Source: Vicinamibacterales bacterium (GTDB taxonomy: Bacteria; Acidobacteriota; Vicinamibacteria; Vicinamibacterales; UBA2999). Taken from it: a stretch of 64,000 bases of DNA. Positions 46,578 to 56,225 of this stretch are shown piece after piece. The notes beneath the pieces were generated by a model. The model did no database searches. It saw only the letters and a list, made by a program, of their open reading frames with translations, and was not told where the DNA came from. Where the stretch lies: assembly GCA_965249205.1 (NCBI GenBank), contig CBDFLL010000006.1, forward strand, positions 822,267 to 886,266, given 5' to 3'. The position numbers and the translations under genes are program-made. Every line of letters starts with the position of its first letter. Within the stretch, counting starts at the first letter, position 1.

Positions 46578-47105
46578 TCAGTTGCCGTGACTCGCGAAGA
46601 CGAATGCGCCCCCGCCCTCTTCAAACGCCATGACGTCGTAGGGCTGCGCCGGAACACCCGCGACCTCCATGCCGGGTGATCCAATCGGCATGCCGGCGAC
46701 GGCCAGGCCAGCGATCGCAGGGCGGTCCCTCAGCAGCCGCTGCACATCGGCGGCAGGCACGTGTCCCTCGATCACATAGCCGTCCACCAGTGCGGTGTGG
46801 CAGGACTGCATCTGACGCGGCACGCCGTTCCTCGTTTTCACTGCCGCAAGGTCTCGCGTGTCGGTTGTGCTGACCGCAAATCCGTGTTCTCGCAGATGGT
46901 CCACCCACAGGGAGCAGCAGCCGCAGGCCGGATCCTTGTAAACGTCGATGACCGACTGCCTCGCGGCCTCGGCAGAGCGTCCCGCAAACACCGCGACGAC
47001 GATTCCGAGCACGGCCACCAGTCCGAGTGCGCCGCCAATCAAGGTCAGCTGCCACGGACGGCTCGAGGATGCGGCGATCGTTGGATGCCCGGTCTGTTTG
47101 CTCAT
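46578..47105 (-). CDS. DUF411 (CopG-like) metal-binding protein
   Basis: Start at the ATG at 47105; TM anchor then ...VYKDPACGCCSLWVDHLREHGF...SCHTALVDGYVIEGHVPA..V..LL......GLAV.GMP.GSPGME. Confidence 0.75.
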   Translation of the reverse strand: MSKQTGHPTIAASSSRPWQLTLIGGALGLVAVLGIVVAVFAGRSAEAARQSVIDVYKDPACGCCSLWVDHLREHGFAVSTTDTRDLAAVKTRNGVPRQMQSCHTALVDGYVIEGHVPAADVQRLLRDRPAIAGLAVAGMPIGSPGMEVAGVPAQPYDVMAFEEGGGAFVFASHGN

Positions 47106-47304
47106 ATTGAAACTCCAATTACCCGGGACGTTGCCTCTGAACACGAGTCCCCCCACGGCGCTGACGTTGCCGGAGTAGCGCCAGTGTACACCTTGGGTTG
47201 GACCGCGTCCTTGACGTTGTGCCGGAGACCATGATGGAGTGAGCGCTGCCCCACTGCCGCTCGGCAGGGGCCTGACGGGCATAGTTATAGCGCGGAGGCT
47301 GAGA

Positions 47305-49482
47305 ATGATAACTGCACGAAGATCGTTGCTGTCGCGAACACTGATGTTTGGCTTGGCCTGTGCCGTGTTGATGCCGACGGAGGAGGCATCCGCGCAGCGC
47401 CTGTCCGGGACCGAAAACGGCGAGTGGCGGTATATCGGCGGCGATGCCGGACAGACGCGCTCCTCGACGCTTGACCAGATCAATGGCGACAACTTCGAAG
47501 ACCTCGAAGTGGCGTGGATCTGGCGCACCGATAACTTCGGCCCCAACCTCGAGTACTTTTCGCGGTCGACCCCGATCTACGTCGATGGCATGCTCTACAC
47601 GGTGGCCACGACGCGGCGACAGGTGCTGGCGATCGATCCCGCCACCGGCGAGACGCTCTGGAGCTTTCGCGAGCCCGAGACCATCAGGCACTTGCGCTCT
47701 CCCAGGCAGGCCTATGGGAAGGGCGTCGCCTACGGGGAGGTGGACGGTCGCGGCGTGATCTACGTCACGAGCCCCGCCTTTTTCCTGTGGGCACTCGACG
47801 CGAAGACCGGCCGGCCGCTCGAGAACTGGGGTGCCTCGGTCCCAGTCGATGGCTTCTCTGACACCGGCGTCCTCGATCTGATCCCGCCGCTCGTGGAGGA
47901 CTGGGGAGGATGGCAAGACCGATCGGACCCGTACGATGCCGACTACGGGATTCCGAGAGAGCTGGGGATGGTCACGAGTTCGTCGCCACCGATCGTGGTC
48001 AACGGTGTGGTAGTGGTCCTCGTCGGTCACCAGGCGAGCTACGGCCAGACCCGCATTGAAAACGTCCCTGGCGACATCATGGGATTCGATGCCGCGACTG
48101 GGGAGTTCCTGTGGAAATTCCACATGATCCCTCGGCCCGGCGAGTTCGGTCACGACACGTGGCACAACGAAGCATGGCAGTGGTCCGGCGACATGTCCAC
48201 CTGGGCGCCAGCGGCTGCTGACCCGGACCTTGGACTCGTCTATCTGGTGACAAACGCCTCGACCGTCCAGACCTACACGGGCCATCGGCCGGGCGACAAT
48301 CTCTTCGGTGGCTGCGTACTCGCGCTGGATGTCAGGACCGGCGAGCGGAGGTGGCACTTCCAGATCCACCGCAGCGACCAGTGGAATTACGACCTTCCGA
48401 CCGCCCCCATGCTGATGGACCTGACGGTGGACGGGCAGGAAATCCCCGCGCTCATCCAGTTCACCAAACAGGGGCTCATTTTCGCCTTCAATCGCGAGAC
48501 CGGGGAGCCGATCTGGCCAATCGAGGATCGTCCGGTGATGCAGACGGAGGTCCCCGGCAACTACACGTCGCCGACGCAGCCGTACCCCACCAGACCCGAG
48601 CCGGCAGACCCCATCGTCTGGGATGGGATCACGGATGAATTTGTCATTGATTACACGCCAGAACTGAAGGAGCAAGCCCTGGAGATCCTGAGTCACTATC
48701 GGATCGGGGGCCTCTACGTGCCGCCGCTTCCCGAGAACCACGACAACGACTTCTACAACAACGTCGGCTGTTTCGGGGCAGGGCACATCATCATGCATCC
48801 TCCGGTGGCAGATCCCAGTACAGGACTCCTGTTCACGTCGAATCGACGCACATGCACCGCCCCCTCCTTCATGGCATCCACCGGCGGCGTCGACACTGAT
48901 GACCCGACGTATGCCGCACGCAGTGAGACCGGTGCGACACCCAACAGGACTCCCACCACTGGCACCACCGTGGCCGCGTGGTTGCCGGGTGGCTCCCGAC
49001 GCCCGACCGAGGCGCAGGCGCCGTTCGTCTCGGCTACCGGACTGCCGACCATCGATGGCCTGCCACTCTTCAAGCCGCTGAACAACCAGCTCTCCGCCTT
49101 CCAGATGAACACCGGCGAGCGGGTCTGGGCGTTGCCGGTGGGCGAGACGCCGGCGGCGATCAGGAACAACCCTCGTTTGCAAGGCGTGGAGATCCCCAAC
49201 ACGGGAGGCGCTGGTTTGTCGATCCAGTTGATCGCGGGGGATCTTCTGGTCCAGACCCGGGCGCTCAGCGGAGGCAGCACGCAGACCGTCCCGGATGCCC
49301 CACTGGAGCTCCACGCCCGCGACAAGTTCACGGGCGAGATTCTGGGAAGCGTCGAGCTGCCAGCTCCAGGTCAGTATGGAATGATGACCTACCTGCACGA
49401 GGGCAAGCAGTACATCGTGGTGCAGGTCGGGAGTGTGCACACCGATTTTCCGGCCGCGCTGGTGGCGTTGGCGCTGCCGTGA
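47305..49482 (+). CDS. PQQ-dependent dehydrogenase (quinoprotein, 8-bladed propeller family)
   Basis: ATG at 47305 preceded by ggagg; signal peptide; ...GGDAGQTRSS.LDQI...NF..L.VAW.......YV.G.LY......V.A.D..TGE.LW... and repeated W-motif blades. Confidence 0.85.
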   Translation: MITARRSLLSRTLMFGLACAVLMPTEEASAQRLSGTENGEWRYIGGDAGQTRSSTLDQINGDNFEDLEVAWIWRTDNFGPNLEYFSRSTPIYVDGMLYTVATTRRQVLAIDPATGETLWSFREPETIRHLRSPRQAYGKGVAYGEVDGRGVIYVTSPAFFLWALDAKTGRPLENWGASVPVDGFSDTGVLDLIPPLVEDWGGWQDRSDPYDADYGIPRELGMVTSSSPPIVVNGVVVVLVGHQASYGQTRIENVPGDIMGFDAATGEFLWKFHMIPRPGEFGHDTWHNEAWQWSGDMSTWAPAAADPDLGLVYLVTNASTVQTYTGHRPGDNLFGGCVLALDVRTGERRWHFQIHRSDQWNYDLPTAPMLMDLTVDGQEIPALIQFTKQGLIFAFNRETGEPIWPIEDRPVMQTEVPGNYTSPTQPYPTRPEPADPIVWDGITDEFVIDYTPELKEQALEILSHYRIGGLYVPPLPENHDNDFYNNVGCFGAGHIIMHPPVADPSTGLLFTSNRRTCTAPSFMASTGGVDTDDPTYAARSETGATPNRTPTTGTTVAAWLPGGSRRPTEAQAPFVSATGLPTIDGLPLFKPLNNQLSAFQMNTGERVWALPVGETPAAIRNNPRLQGVEIPNTGGAGLSIQLIAGDLLVQTRALSGGSTQTVPDAPLELHARDKFTGEILGSVELPAPGQYGMMTYLHEGKQYIVVQVGSVHTDFPAALVALALP

Positions 49483-49646
49483 CCTGAGCCCGGCGCGGAT
49501 TTCACTTCGCTCTCGCAGGCGGTCGTGGTGCTCCGCCCTGGTAGGCGAGGACTGCCTACGGTTCCCTGGGCGCTACGCGCTCATGAAATCCGCGCTAGCT
49601 GTCTCACGGCTTCCGTACAACCGTCCCGAGTCTGATTCGGGACACT

Positions 49647-49790
49647 AAAGCGCTTTTCATGACCGAGTGGCGTTCGAGTAGCAGCAATGCCGAAAATGGT
49701 TACGGCATTCGGCGGGACCGAAGCGTTGCAGTAGTGCGTGCAGAAGTACCATGACTCGCCCAGTCAGTACAGGGGCTATTTGAAAAGCGC
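49647..49790. repeat. 144-bp MITE-like element, copy B
   Basis: Same length and termini as 24951-25094; most positions identical by eye; lies between convergent genes. Confidence 0.65.
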
Positions 49791-49860
49791 TCTAGCTACG
49801 CAACCGTCGATGTTCGATTGACGGGTCGAGACTTCCGAGGCCTTAACCGACAGCCAGGGA

Positions 49861-52407
49861 CTACCGCAGGCGACCGGCGATGTCCTCCACTGTCGCGGCC
49901 AGCGCGATGAACCTGGTTCGCGTCGTGCCGCTCCGCTCGGCCCCGTCACGGGCGAGTGTCGAGGCTAGCATTTCGAGCTCGGTGGCCACCGTGGCGTCGC
50001 TTGTGCCGCCAGCCAGCAGGTCTGCGGCACGACCGAGCGTGGTCGTCAGCGCCTCGGCTTGCGCGGCCGGTATGGCGTCGCTGCGACGAAGCTGGTCGAG
50101 ATACGCCTGCGCGATGACTGGCTCAGCCGGCCACGTGTACCGTCGCTGCGTCTGGGCGTTGACGACGGCGCCGGGGCTTCTGAACGACGCCGCGGTTATC
50201 TCGTTCGCCGTCAGGTGCTCGCTTGGCGTCAGGGCGAACACATCGAGACCGCGCGCGATCTCAGTGCCATAGATGAGGCCGCCGAACCAGTACGCCGACC
50301 AGTACCCACCCATGATGAGATCCTCGGCATCGATTGGTCCACGATCGAAGAAAGCAATCTCGGTCGGGTTCGACGAGTCGGTGAAGTCGAAGACAGAGAT
50401 CCCCCCCTGGTACCAGGCCTGCACGAAAATGTCCCGGCCGGGAACCGGCACCAGCGAGCCATTGTGTGCCACGCAGTTTTCCTCGTCGGTCTGTGGCGCG
50501 GGCATCTTGAAGTGGCTGCGGAACTGCATCTTGCCGTCGACGATGTCGTAGATCGCATCGGCGCCCCAGTTCTTCGGATCGAACGCGCGGCAGCGCGGGC
50601 GGCCACCTCCGCCCCATTCATCGGTGAAGATCACCTTGGTGCCGTCATTGTTGAACGTCGCCGAATGCCAATAGGCAAAGCCCGTGTCAACGACCTGATC
50701 CAGGCGGACCGGATTCACCGGGTCGCTGATGTCGAGCAGGATGCCATTACCGGAACACGCCCCGGCGGCCAGGCCGATCTCGGGGAACGTCGTGATGTCG
50801 TGGCACTGACGGGTTTCTCGCGTGTTCTGGGTGCCATCCCCGTGATCGCCGCCGTCCCACAAGCCCGCTATGACCCCCGACGCAGGGTCCGAGAAAATGC
50901 GAGGGCGATTGACGATGCGCGCGTCCTGGGGTCGTGCAAGCGGAATCTGGATCACGTCGATGCTGAACAGCGCCGATTCAGGATCCTCGAAAGGGGAGTC
51001 GTTCGAACACCCATCGAGTTCGTCGCCCGAACGGACAGAACCCGTCCCCGACCCATACACGTAAATGTTTCCATCGTCATCAGGATCGGTCACGACAGTG
51101 TGCGTGTGAGATCCTCGGCAGGTCTGCACCGCACCAACCTGCCTCGGCTCGCTGAAGTCGCTGATATCGAATATGCGGATACCCCGGAAACGCTCGTCGC
51201 TCTCGGGTTCCGCGACTCCCTGAAGGCCACAGTCGAGCCGCCCTCGGGTTTGCTCGACCGAGTAGATCAGGAGATTCCCGACGACCGACACATCTCCTTG
51301 ACCGCCCGGACACACCACAGAACTCAGGTGCTGCGGTGAACGGGGATCGCTCAGATCGTAGGCATTGAATCCGTGGTAGCTCCCGGCGATCAGCACATCG
51401 CCGGCGAAGGCAATGTCACTGTTGCTGAAATTCATGAGACCACGTCGAGGTTCCCTTTGCTCGTCGTCGTCTTCTTCCGCCTCTTCTTCCGCGGCCGGTG
51501 TCTCAGCTTCAGCGTTGACCGCTGCCTCTTCGGTTGAAGCTCCGTCCTCGGCAGCCGCCTCGGGAGCCTGAGGTTCAGGGGCTTCTTCAGCCAGATTGGG
51601 CTCCGGCTCCGGCTCTCTGTTCATCGGGAGGCCTTGCGGGTTGTCCGGATCGAAAAAACCATCGGGCTTCGGCAAGGCGGCGATGAGCTGCATGTTCAGC
51701 GACGCCTGTCCAGCGTCGTCGAATCCAGCGCTGAGATTGACCCTCGGGTCGGGGGAGAAGCCCCTGAGCATGGCGTTCATGCGATCGATTTCACTGCTCT
51801 GGTCTGACGTGACGTCCGATGTGAACGCGAACAGTACCGAGTCCTGCGCTGACCCGGGCTGGTCCAGGAGGTTGTCGACCATGGTCACGGCGCCGGCATG
51901 GTGCTTGATCATGAGTTCGAGGAACAACGTGTCGAACTCAAAGCCCTCGGCCTGCTCGAGTTGCTCCAGTTCCTCAGCGGTCAGCATGCCAGGCATCAAT
52001 TCAAAATCAGGCGCATGATGCGTCTCGAGGTCAGGGACCACGAGAGCGCGGTCCCGTAGCCAGCCCTGCATCATGGCGATCTCGTCCTCCTGCGAGAGCG
52101 TGATGCGCTCAGCCATGAGTTCCATAGCCTCGCGGTTGCTCCGCGTCTCGACAAGCACCGTCATCTCGAGCGCCTGGGCGTGATGGGAGATCATGCCTTG
52201 CATGAACATCACGTCGGCAGCCGTGAATTCGAGGCTCGCCAGGTTGGAGGCCTCCTCCGCCGAGATCCGCCGGCTCGGTTCCCCGGGTGCGCCGGGCTGC
52301 ACGATCGGCACCTGGGCGAGCACGTCCACGCCGGTGAAGAGGGCCGCAGCCGTGATGACTGCCAGGCGAGCGGCAGGACGAAATACGCGGGACCAGAGAA
52401 GAGTCAT
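49861..52407 (-). CDS. secreted fusion protein: DUF305 (ferritin-like, two HH motifs), acidic linker, and LVIVD-repeat beta-propeller
   Basis: 848 aa; ...FMQGMISHHAQALEM... and ...LELMIKHHAGAVTM... (DUF305); E/A/P-rich linker; C-terminal repeats of the ...GDV.V.GN.L.....G..I.DISDP..P... type. Confidence 0.7.
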   Translation of the reverse strand: MTLLWSRVFRPAARLAVITAAALFTGVDVLAQVPIVQPGAPGEPSRRISAEEASNLASLEFTAADVMFMQGMISHHAQALEMTVLVETRSNREAMELMAERITLSQEDEIAMMQGWLRDRALVVPDLETHHAPDFELMPGMLTAEELEQLEQAEGFEFDTLFLELMIKHHAGAVTMVDNLLDQPGSAQDSVLFAFTSDVTSDQSSEIDRMNAMLRGFSPDPRVNLSAGFDDAGQASLNMQLIAALPKPDGFFDPDNPQGLPMNREPEPEPNLAEEAPEPQAPEAAAEDGASTEEAAVNAEAETPAAEEEAEEDDDEQREPRRGLMNFSNSDIAFAGDVLIAGSYHGFNAYDLSDPRSPQHLSSVVCPGGQGDVSVVGNLLIYSVEQTRGRLDCGLQGVAEPESDERFRGIRIFDISDFSEPRQVGAVQTCRGSHTHTVVTDPDDDGNIYVYGSGTGSVRSGDELDGCSNDSPFEDPESALFSIDVIQIPLARPQDARIVNRPRIFSDPASGVIAGLWDGGDHGDGTQNTRETRQCHDITTFPEIGLAAGACSGNGILLDISDPVNPVRLDQVVDTGFAYWHSATFNNDGTKVIFTDEWGGGGRPRCRAFDPKNWGADAIYDIVDGKMQFRSHFKMPAPQTDEENCVAHNGSLVPVPGRDIFVQAWYQGGISVFDFTDSSNPTEIAFFDRGPIDAEDLIMGGYWSAYWFGGLIYGTEIARGLDVFALTPSEHLTANEITAASFRSPGAVVNAQTQRRYTWPAEPVIAQAYLDQLRRSDAIPAAQAEALTTTLGRAADLLAGGTSDATVATELEMLASTLARDGAERSGTTRTRFIALAATVEDIAGRLR

Positions 52408-52635
52408 GGCGTTCTCCCCAGCGTGGGTGTTCAGACCGGAATTTTCAAAGGACGCATTGTACCGCGTGCAGAGTGCTTGGGCAGAAAGGTGCTGAGGGCA
52501 GGAGGGCTCCGCACCTCCGAACCTTGTCCGGGCGAGAGGTCTTACCAGGGTCCGCTTTCATCGACTTGTCACAGATCGGCCACGCTCGCGTCACGTGCGG
52601 TGGTCATGCTCATCGTGGAGACAGGGAGGACCAGA

Positions 52636-54048
52636 ATGACCAAACGCTTGTGGCTGAGCATCACCGCGCTGGCACTTGGTGCCTCTGCGGTCTCGTATTA
52701 CCAGTTCGGGGCCGTTGAGGCGGAGGCGCCGACCCTCAGGAGCGTCGAGGCGACGCGCGGAGCCGTCGTCTCTACGGTCGAGGCGACCGGGAGACTTGAG
52801 GCAGTGGTCACCGTCCAGGTCGGGAGCCAGGTGTCCGGCTCCATCAAGTCCCTGTTCGCGGACTTCAATTCGACCGTCAACCAAGGCCAGATCATCGCCG
52901 AGCTGGATCCATCACTGTTTGCGACGCAGGTGGAGCAGGCTGAAGCGACGGTGGCGCGGTTGGAGGCCGAGGTCGAACGCGCCAAGATCCAGGCCGCAGA
53001 TGCCCAGATCAAGCTGCGCCGGGCTCGCGAGCTGTTTGAGAAGCAACTTGTTCCAGAAAACGACCTCGAGACGGCCGAGAGTGACGCCCGCATGGCCGGT
53101 TCGAGCGTGACGGCGGCCGAAGCGCAGGTGGAACAGGCGCGCGCTTCACTGAACCAGGCGCAGGTCAATCTCAGCCACACGGTCATCCGCGCGCCCATCG
53201 ACGGCGTCGTGATCGCTCGCAACGTAGACGTTGGCCAGACGGTCGCCGCCAGCATGTCGGCGCCGACGCTCTACGTGATCGCGCAAAACCTGGCGCAGAT
53301 GCGCGTCAACGCCAGCATCGACGAGTCTGACATCGGCAACATCCAGCCAGGACAGTCGGTGCGTTTCCGCGTGGACGCGTATCCGAACGAGACCTTCTCC
53401 GGCGCTGTGTCGCAGGTGCGTCTGGAGCCTGAGGTTGTGCAGAACGTCGTGAGCTACGTGACGATCATAGACGTGCCGAATCCGGACCTCAGACTGAAGC
53501 CCGGCATGACGGCAGCGGTGACGATCGAAACCGCACGCGCTGGCGGCGTAGTGCGTGTACCGAACGCGGCCCTGCGCTTCCGGCCGACCGAGGAGGTATT
53601 CACCGCACTTGGCCAGGCGCTGCCGGGCGGGTCGGCCGCCGTCGCGGAAGACCTCCGCGAGCCGGCAGCGAGCGGTCGGGAGGGTGGGCGAGGCATCACC
53701 GACATGGCCCCCGAGCAGCGGGCGGCTTTGCGAGAGCGGTTGCAACAGATGTCGCCGGAGGAGCGCCAGCAGATGCGCACCGGCTCCACCGAATCAGGGC
53801 GCGGCCAGGCACCGTCCGCCGTCGCGGACCAGGGCGATCGAGCGGTCGTGTGGGTAATCGAAGAGGGGGCGCTTGCCCGCGTCGCGGTTCGAACGGGTAT
53901 CAGCGATGGCACGCAGACCGCCGTCGTTGGTGGGGCGTTGGAGCCCGGCTCGCAGGTTGTGACGGGCGTGCTGACAGGCACCACCGCGGCCGCCGCGACG
54001 ACGGGTTCGCCGCTATTGCCCACGGGCCGGCGCGGAGGTCTCCGATGA
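52636..54048 (+). CDS. efflux transporter periplasmic adaptor (membrane fusion protein, MacA/DevB-like)
   Basis: ATG at 52636 after gggagga; coiled-coil hairpin (..AEATVARLEAEVERAKIQAADAQ..), ...I.APIDGVVI.RNVDVGQTV......P.L..IA......V.A.IDE.DI..I..GQ...F.VDA. Confidence 0.85.
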   Translation: MTKRLWLSITALALGASAVSYYQFGAVEAEAPTLRSVEATRGAVVSTVEATGRLEAVVTVQVGSQVSGSIKSLFADFNSTVNQGQIIAELDPSLFATQVEQAEATVARLEAEVERAKIQAADAQIKLRRARELFEKQLVPENDLETAESDARMAGSSVTAAEAQVEQARASLNQAQVNLSHTVIRAPIDGVVIARNVDVGQTVAASMSAPTLYVIAQNLAQMRVNASIDESDIGNIQPGQSVRFRVDAYPNETFSGAVSQVRLEPEVVQNVVSYVTIIDVPNPDLRLKPGMTAAVTIETARAGGVVRVPNAALRFRPTEEVFTALGQALPGGSAAVAEDLREPAASGREGGRGITDMAPEQRAALRERLQQMSPEERQQMRTGSTESGRGQAPSAVADQGDRAVVWVIEEGALARVAVRTGISDGTQTAVVGGALEPGSQVVTGVLTGTTAAAATTGSPLLPTGRRGGLR

Positions 54049-54809
54049 CCGGAGAAGGTCCTCTGATCGCCGTACGCGACTTGATCAAAACCTACGTCGT
54101 TGGTGAGGTCGAGGTGCGGGCGCTGCGGGGTGTCTCGCTGGATGTCCAGCGCGGCGAGTTCGTCGCCCTGACGGGTCCGTCAGGATCGGGGAAGTCCACA
54201 TTCATGCATCTGGTCGGATGCCTGGACCGGGTGACCAGTGGCACCTGTCACCTCCATGGCCGCGACGTGTCACTGCTGTCGAAACGTGAGCTCTCGCGGG
54301 TTCGCAATCACGAGATAGGCTTCGTCTTTCAGGGCTTTAACCTGCTGCCGCGGACGACCGCACTTGAGAACGTCGAGTTGCCAATGTTGTACGGCCCGCC
54401 AGTGCCCGCACAGGAGCGTCGCCGCCGTGCATCTGCGGCGCTGGAATCGGTCGGCCTCGGGGATCGCATCGATCACCACCCGAACCAGCTCTCCGGTGGT
54501 CAGCAGCAGCGGGTCGCTATCGCGCGCGCTCTAGTCAATGGCCCCGCCCTGCTGCTGGCTGATGAGCCTACCGGCAACCTCGACTCGCGGACGAGCGTCG
54601 AGGTGATGGAGCTGTTTCAGAAGCTGAACCGCGAACGCGAGATCACGATTGTGCTCGTCACTCACGAGGCCGACATCGCCGAGTACGCCACGCGAGTCAT
54701 CGGCTTCCGCGACGGCCGGGTCAGGCTCGATCAAGCGGTTGTGGATCCGCGTGACGCGGTGGAGGAGTTGAGTCATCTTGACGCCAGTGCGGAGGCGCTG
54801 TCGGCATAA
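54045..54809 (+). CDS. ABC transporter ATP-binding protein (MacB/LolD/DevA-like)
   Basis: Walker [10 protein letters not shown], signature [15 protein letters not shown], Walker [13 protein letters not shown]; ATG overlaps the preceding stop. Confidence 0.9.
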   Translation: MTGEGPLIAVRDLIKTYVVGEVEVRALRGVSLDVQRGEFVALTGPSGSGKSTFMHLVGCLDRVTSGTCHLHGRDVSLLSKRELSRVRNHEIGFVFQGFNLLPRTTALENVELPMLYGPPVPAQERRRRASAALESVGLGDRIDHHPNQLSGGQQQRVAIARALVNGPALLLADEPTGNLDSRTSVEVMELFQKLNREREITIVLVTHEADIAEYATRVIGFRDGRVRLDQAVVDPRDAVEELSHLDASAEALSA

Positions 54810-54834
54810 CCGTCAGGTCATTCAGGAGCCAGTC

Positions 54835-56052
54835 ATGTCCACGTGGATTACGTTGATTGTCGCCGTCAAGGCACTTCGCCGCAACGCGATGCGTACCGCG
54901 CTGACCGCGCTCGGCATGATCATCGGCGTCGCCGCTGTGATCGTCATGGTGGCCATTGGTAACGGTGCGCAGGCGTCGATCGAGGATCAGATTCGAAGCG
55001 CGGGGACCAACATCGTGACGGTCAGCGCCGGGGCGAACAGCTTCGGCCCTGTCCGCACGAGCGGCACCACGACGACGCTGATAGCCGGTGATGCCGACGC
55101 GATCGCGCTCAATGTGGCGGGAGTTCGTTACGTGTCGCCAGGCGCCACAACCCGCGAGCAGGTTGTGGCGGAATCGTCGAACTGGAACACGACAGTGAGC
55201 GGCGCCAGCGCCGATCTGCCGATGATTCGGGCGTGGCCGCTGGAGTACGGGACATTTTTCACTGAACTCGATGTCGCACGCGCCAGTAAGGTCGTTGTGC
55301 TTGGCTCCGTGGTTCGCGACGAGTTGTTCGGCCCTGGCACGGACCCGACCGGTGCCAGCATTCGGATCAAGAACCAGCCATTCCGTGTAGTCGGCGTGCT
55401 GACCAGCAAGGGCCAGGCGGCTATGGGCCCCGACCAGGACGATACCGTCATCGTCCCCTACACGACGGTGCAAAAGAAGATGCTCGGCATCACCCACGTT
55501 CAGAACATTACGATCTCGACGGCCGATGGCGTGGAATTCAACGCTATCGCTGAGGAGATCACCGCGCTGCTCAGGGATCGCCATAGCCTGACACCTGGCG
55601 AGCCTGACGACTTCTCAGTGCGTAGTCTCGACGAGATCGCGAGCGTGCTGACCGCGACGACGACCACCATGACATGGCTGCTGGCGAGCATTGCGGCCGT
55701 TTCTCTGCTGGTGGGGGGCATCGGCATCATGAACATCATGTTGGTGTCTGTCACCGAGCGGACGCGTGAGATCGGGCTCCGCCTGTCGGTGGGTGCGCGC
55801 GACATCGACGTGCTGATGCAGTTTCTCGTGGAGGCGGTCGTACTCAGCCTGGCCGGGGGTGCCATTGGTGTGGCGCTTGGTATCGCGGCGTCCTACGGCG
55901 TCAGTAACATGATGCAGTGGTCCGCGGTGATTACCCCGTCGGCCGTGCTGCTCTCGTTCGGGTGCGCCGCCGCGATTGGCATATTCTTCGGCTTCTATCC
56001 GGCGCGGAAAGCTGCTGGGCTCGATCCGATCAACGCGCTGCGGTTCGAGTAG
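54835..56052 (+). CDS. ABC transporter permease (MacB-like periplasmic domain plus FtsX fold)
   Basis: ATG at 54835; ...A...L..N.MRT.LT.LG..IGVAAV......G.GA.....I...G.N...V..... and C-terminal ...ERTREIG.R..VGA....L.QFL.EA..L...GG..G...G. Confidence 0.9.
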   Translation: MSTWITLIVAVKALRRNAMRTALTALGMIIGVAAVIVMVAIGNGAQASIEDQIRSAGTNIVTVSAGANSFGPVRTSGTTTTLIAGDADAIALNVAGVRYVSPGATTREQVVAESSNWNTTVSGASADLPMIRAWPLEYGTFFTELDVARASKVVVLGSVVRDELFGPGTDPTGASIRIKNQPFRVVGVLTSKGQAAMGPDQDDTVIVPYTTVQKKMLGITHVQNITISTADGVEFNAIAEEITALLRDRHSLTPGEPDDFSVRSLDEIASVLTATTTTMTWLLASIAAVSLLVGGIGIMNIMLVSVTERTREIGLRLSVGARDIDVLMQFLVEAVVLSLAGGAIGVALGIAASYGVSNMMQWSAVITPSAVLLSFGCAAAIGIFFGFYPARKAAGLDPINALRFE

Positions 56053-56225
56053 TGGTTCCAGCTAGCAGCCCGTGGTGAAAGCCCGGCGGGCACCGAGGCA
56101 AGTGAGGCGCCTCGCGAACAAGGCGCGACGACCGAGAATACCGCCTGTATTTGAGGAAGGAGCAACGCAGATCGCGAGGATGCATCGCTGGTCGAATGCC
56201 GCGGGACTTCCACCGCGGGCTGCTA

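Noticed and set aside
51400-51620. Apparent repetitive GAA/GAG/GCC-rich DNA that could be a tandem repeat or CRISPR-like array
   Set aside because: It is an in-frame acidic low-complexity linker (E/A/P-rich) within one long ORF. There are no regularly spaced identical repeats. No CRISPR array was seen anywhere in the window.
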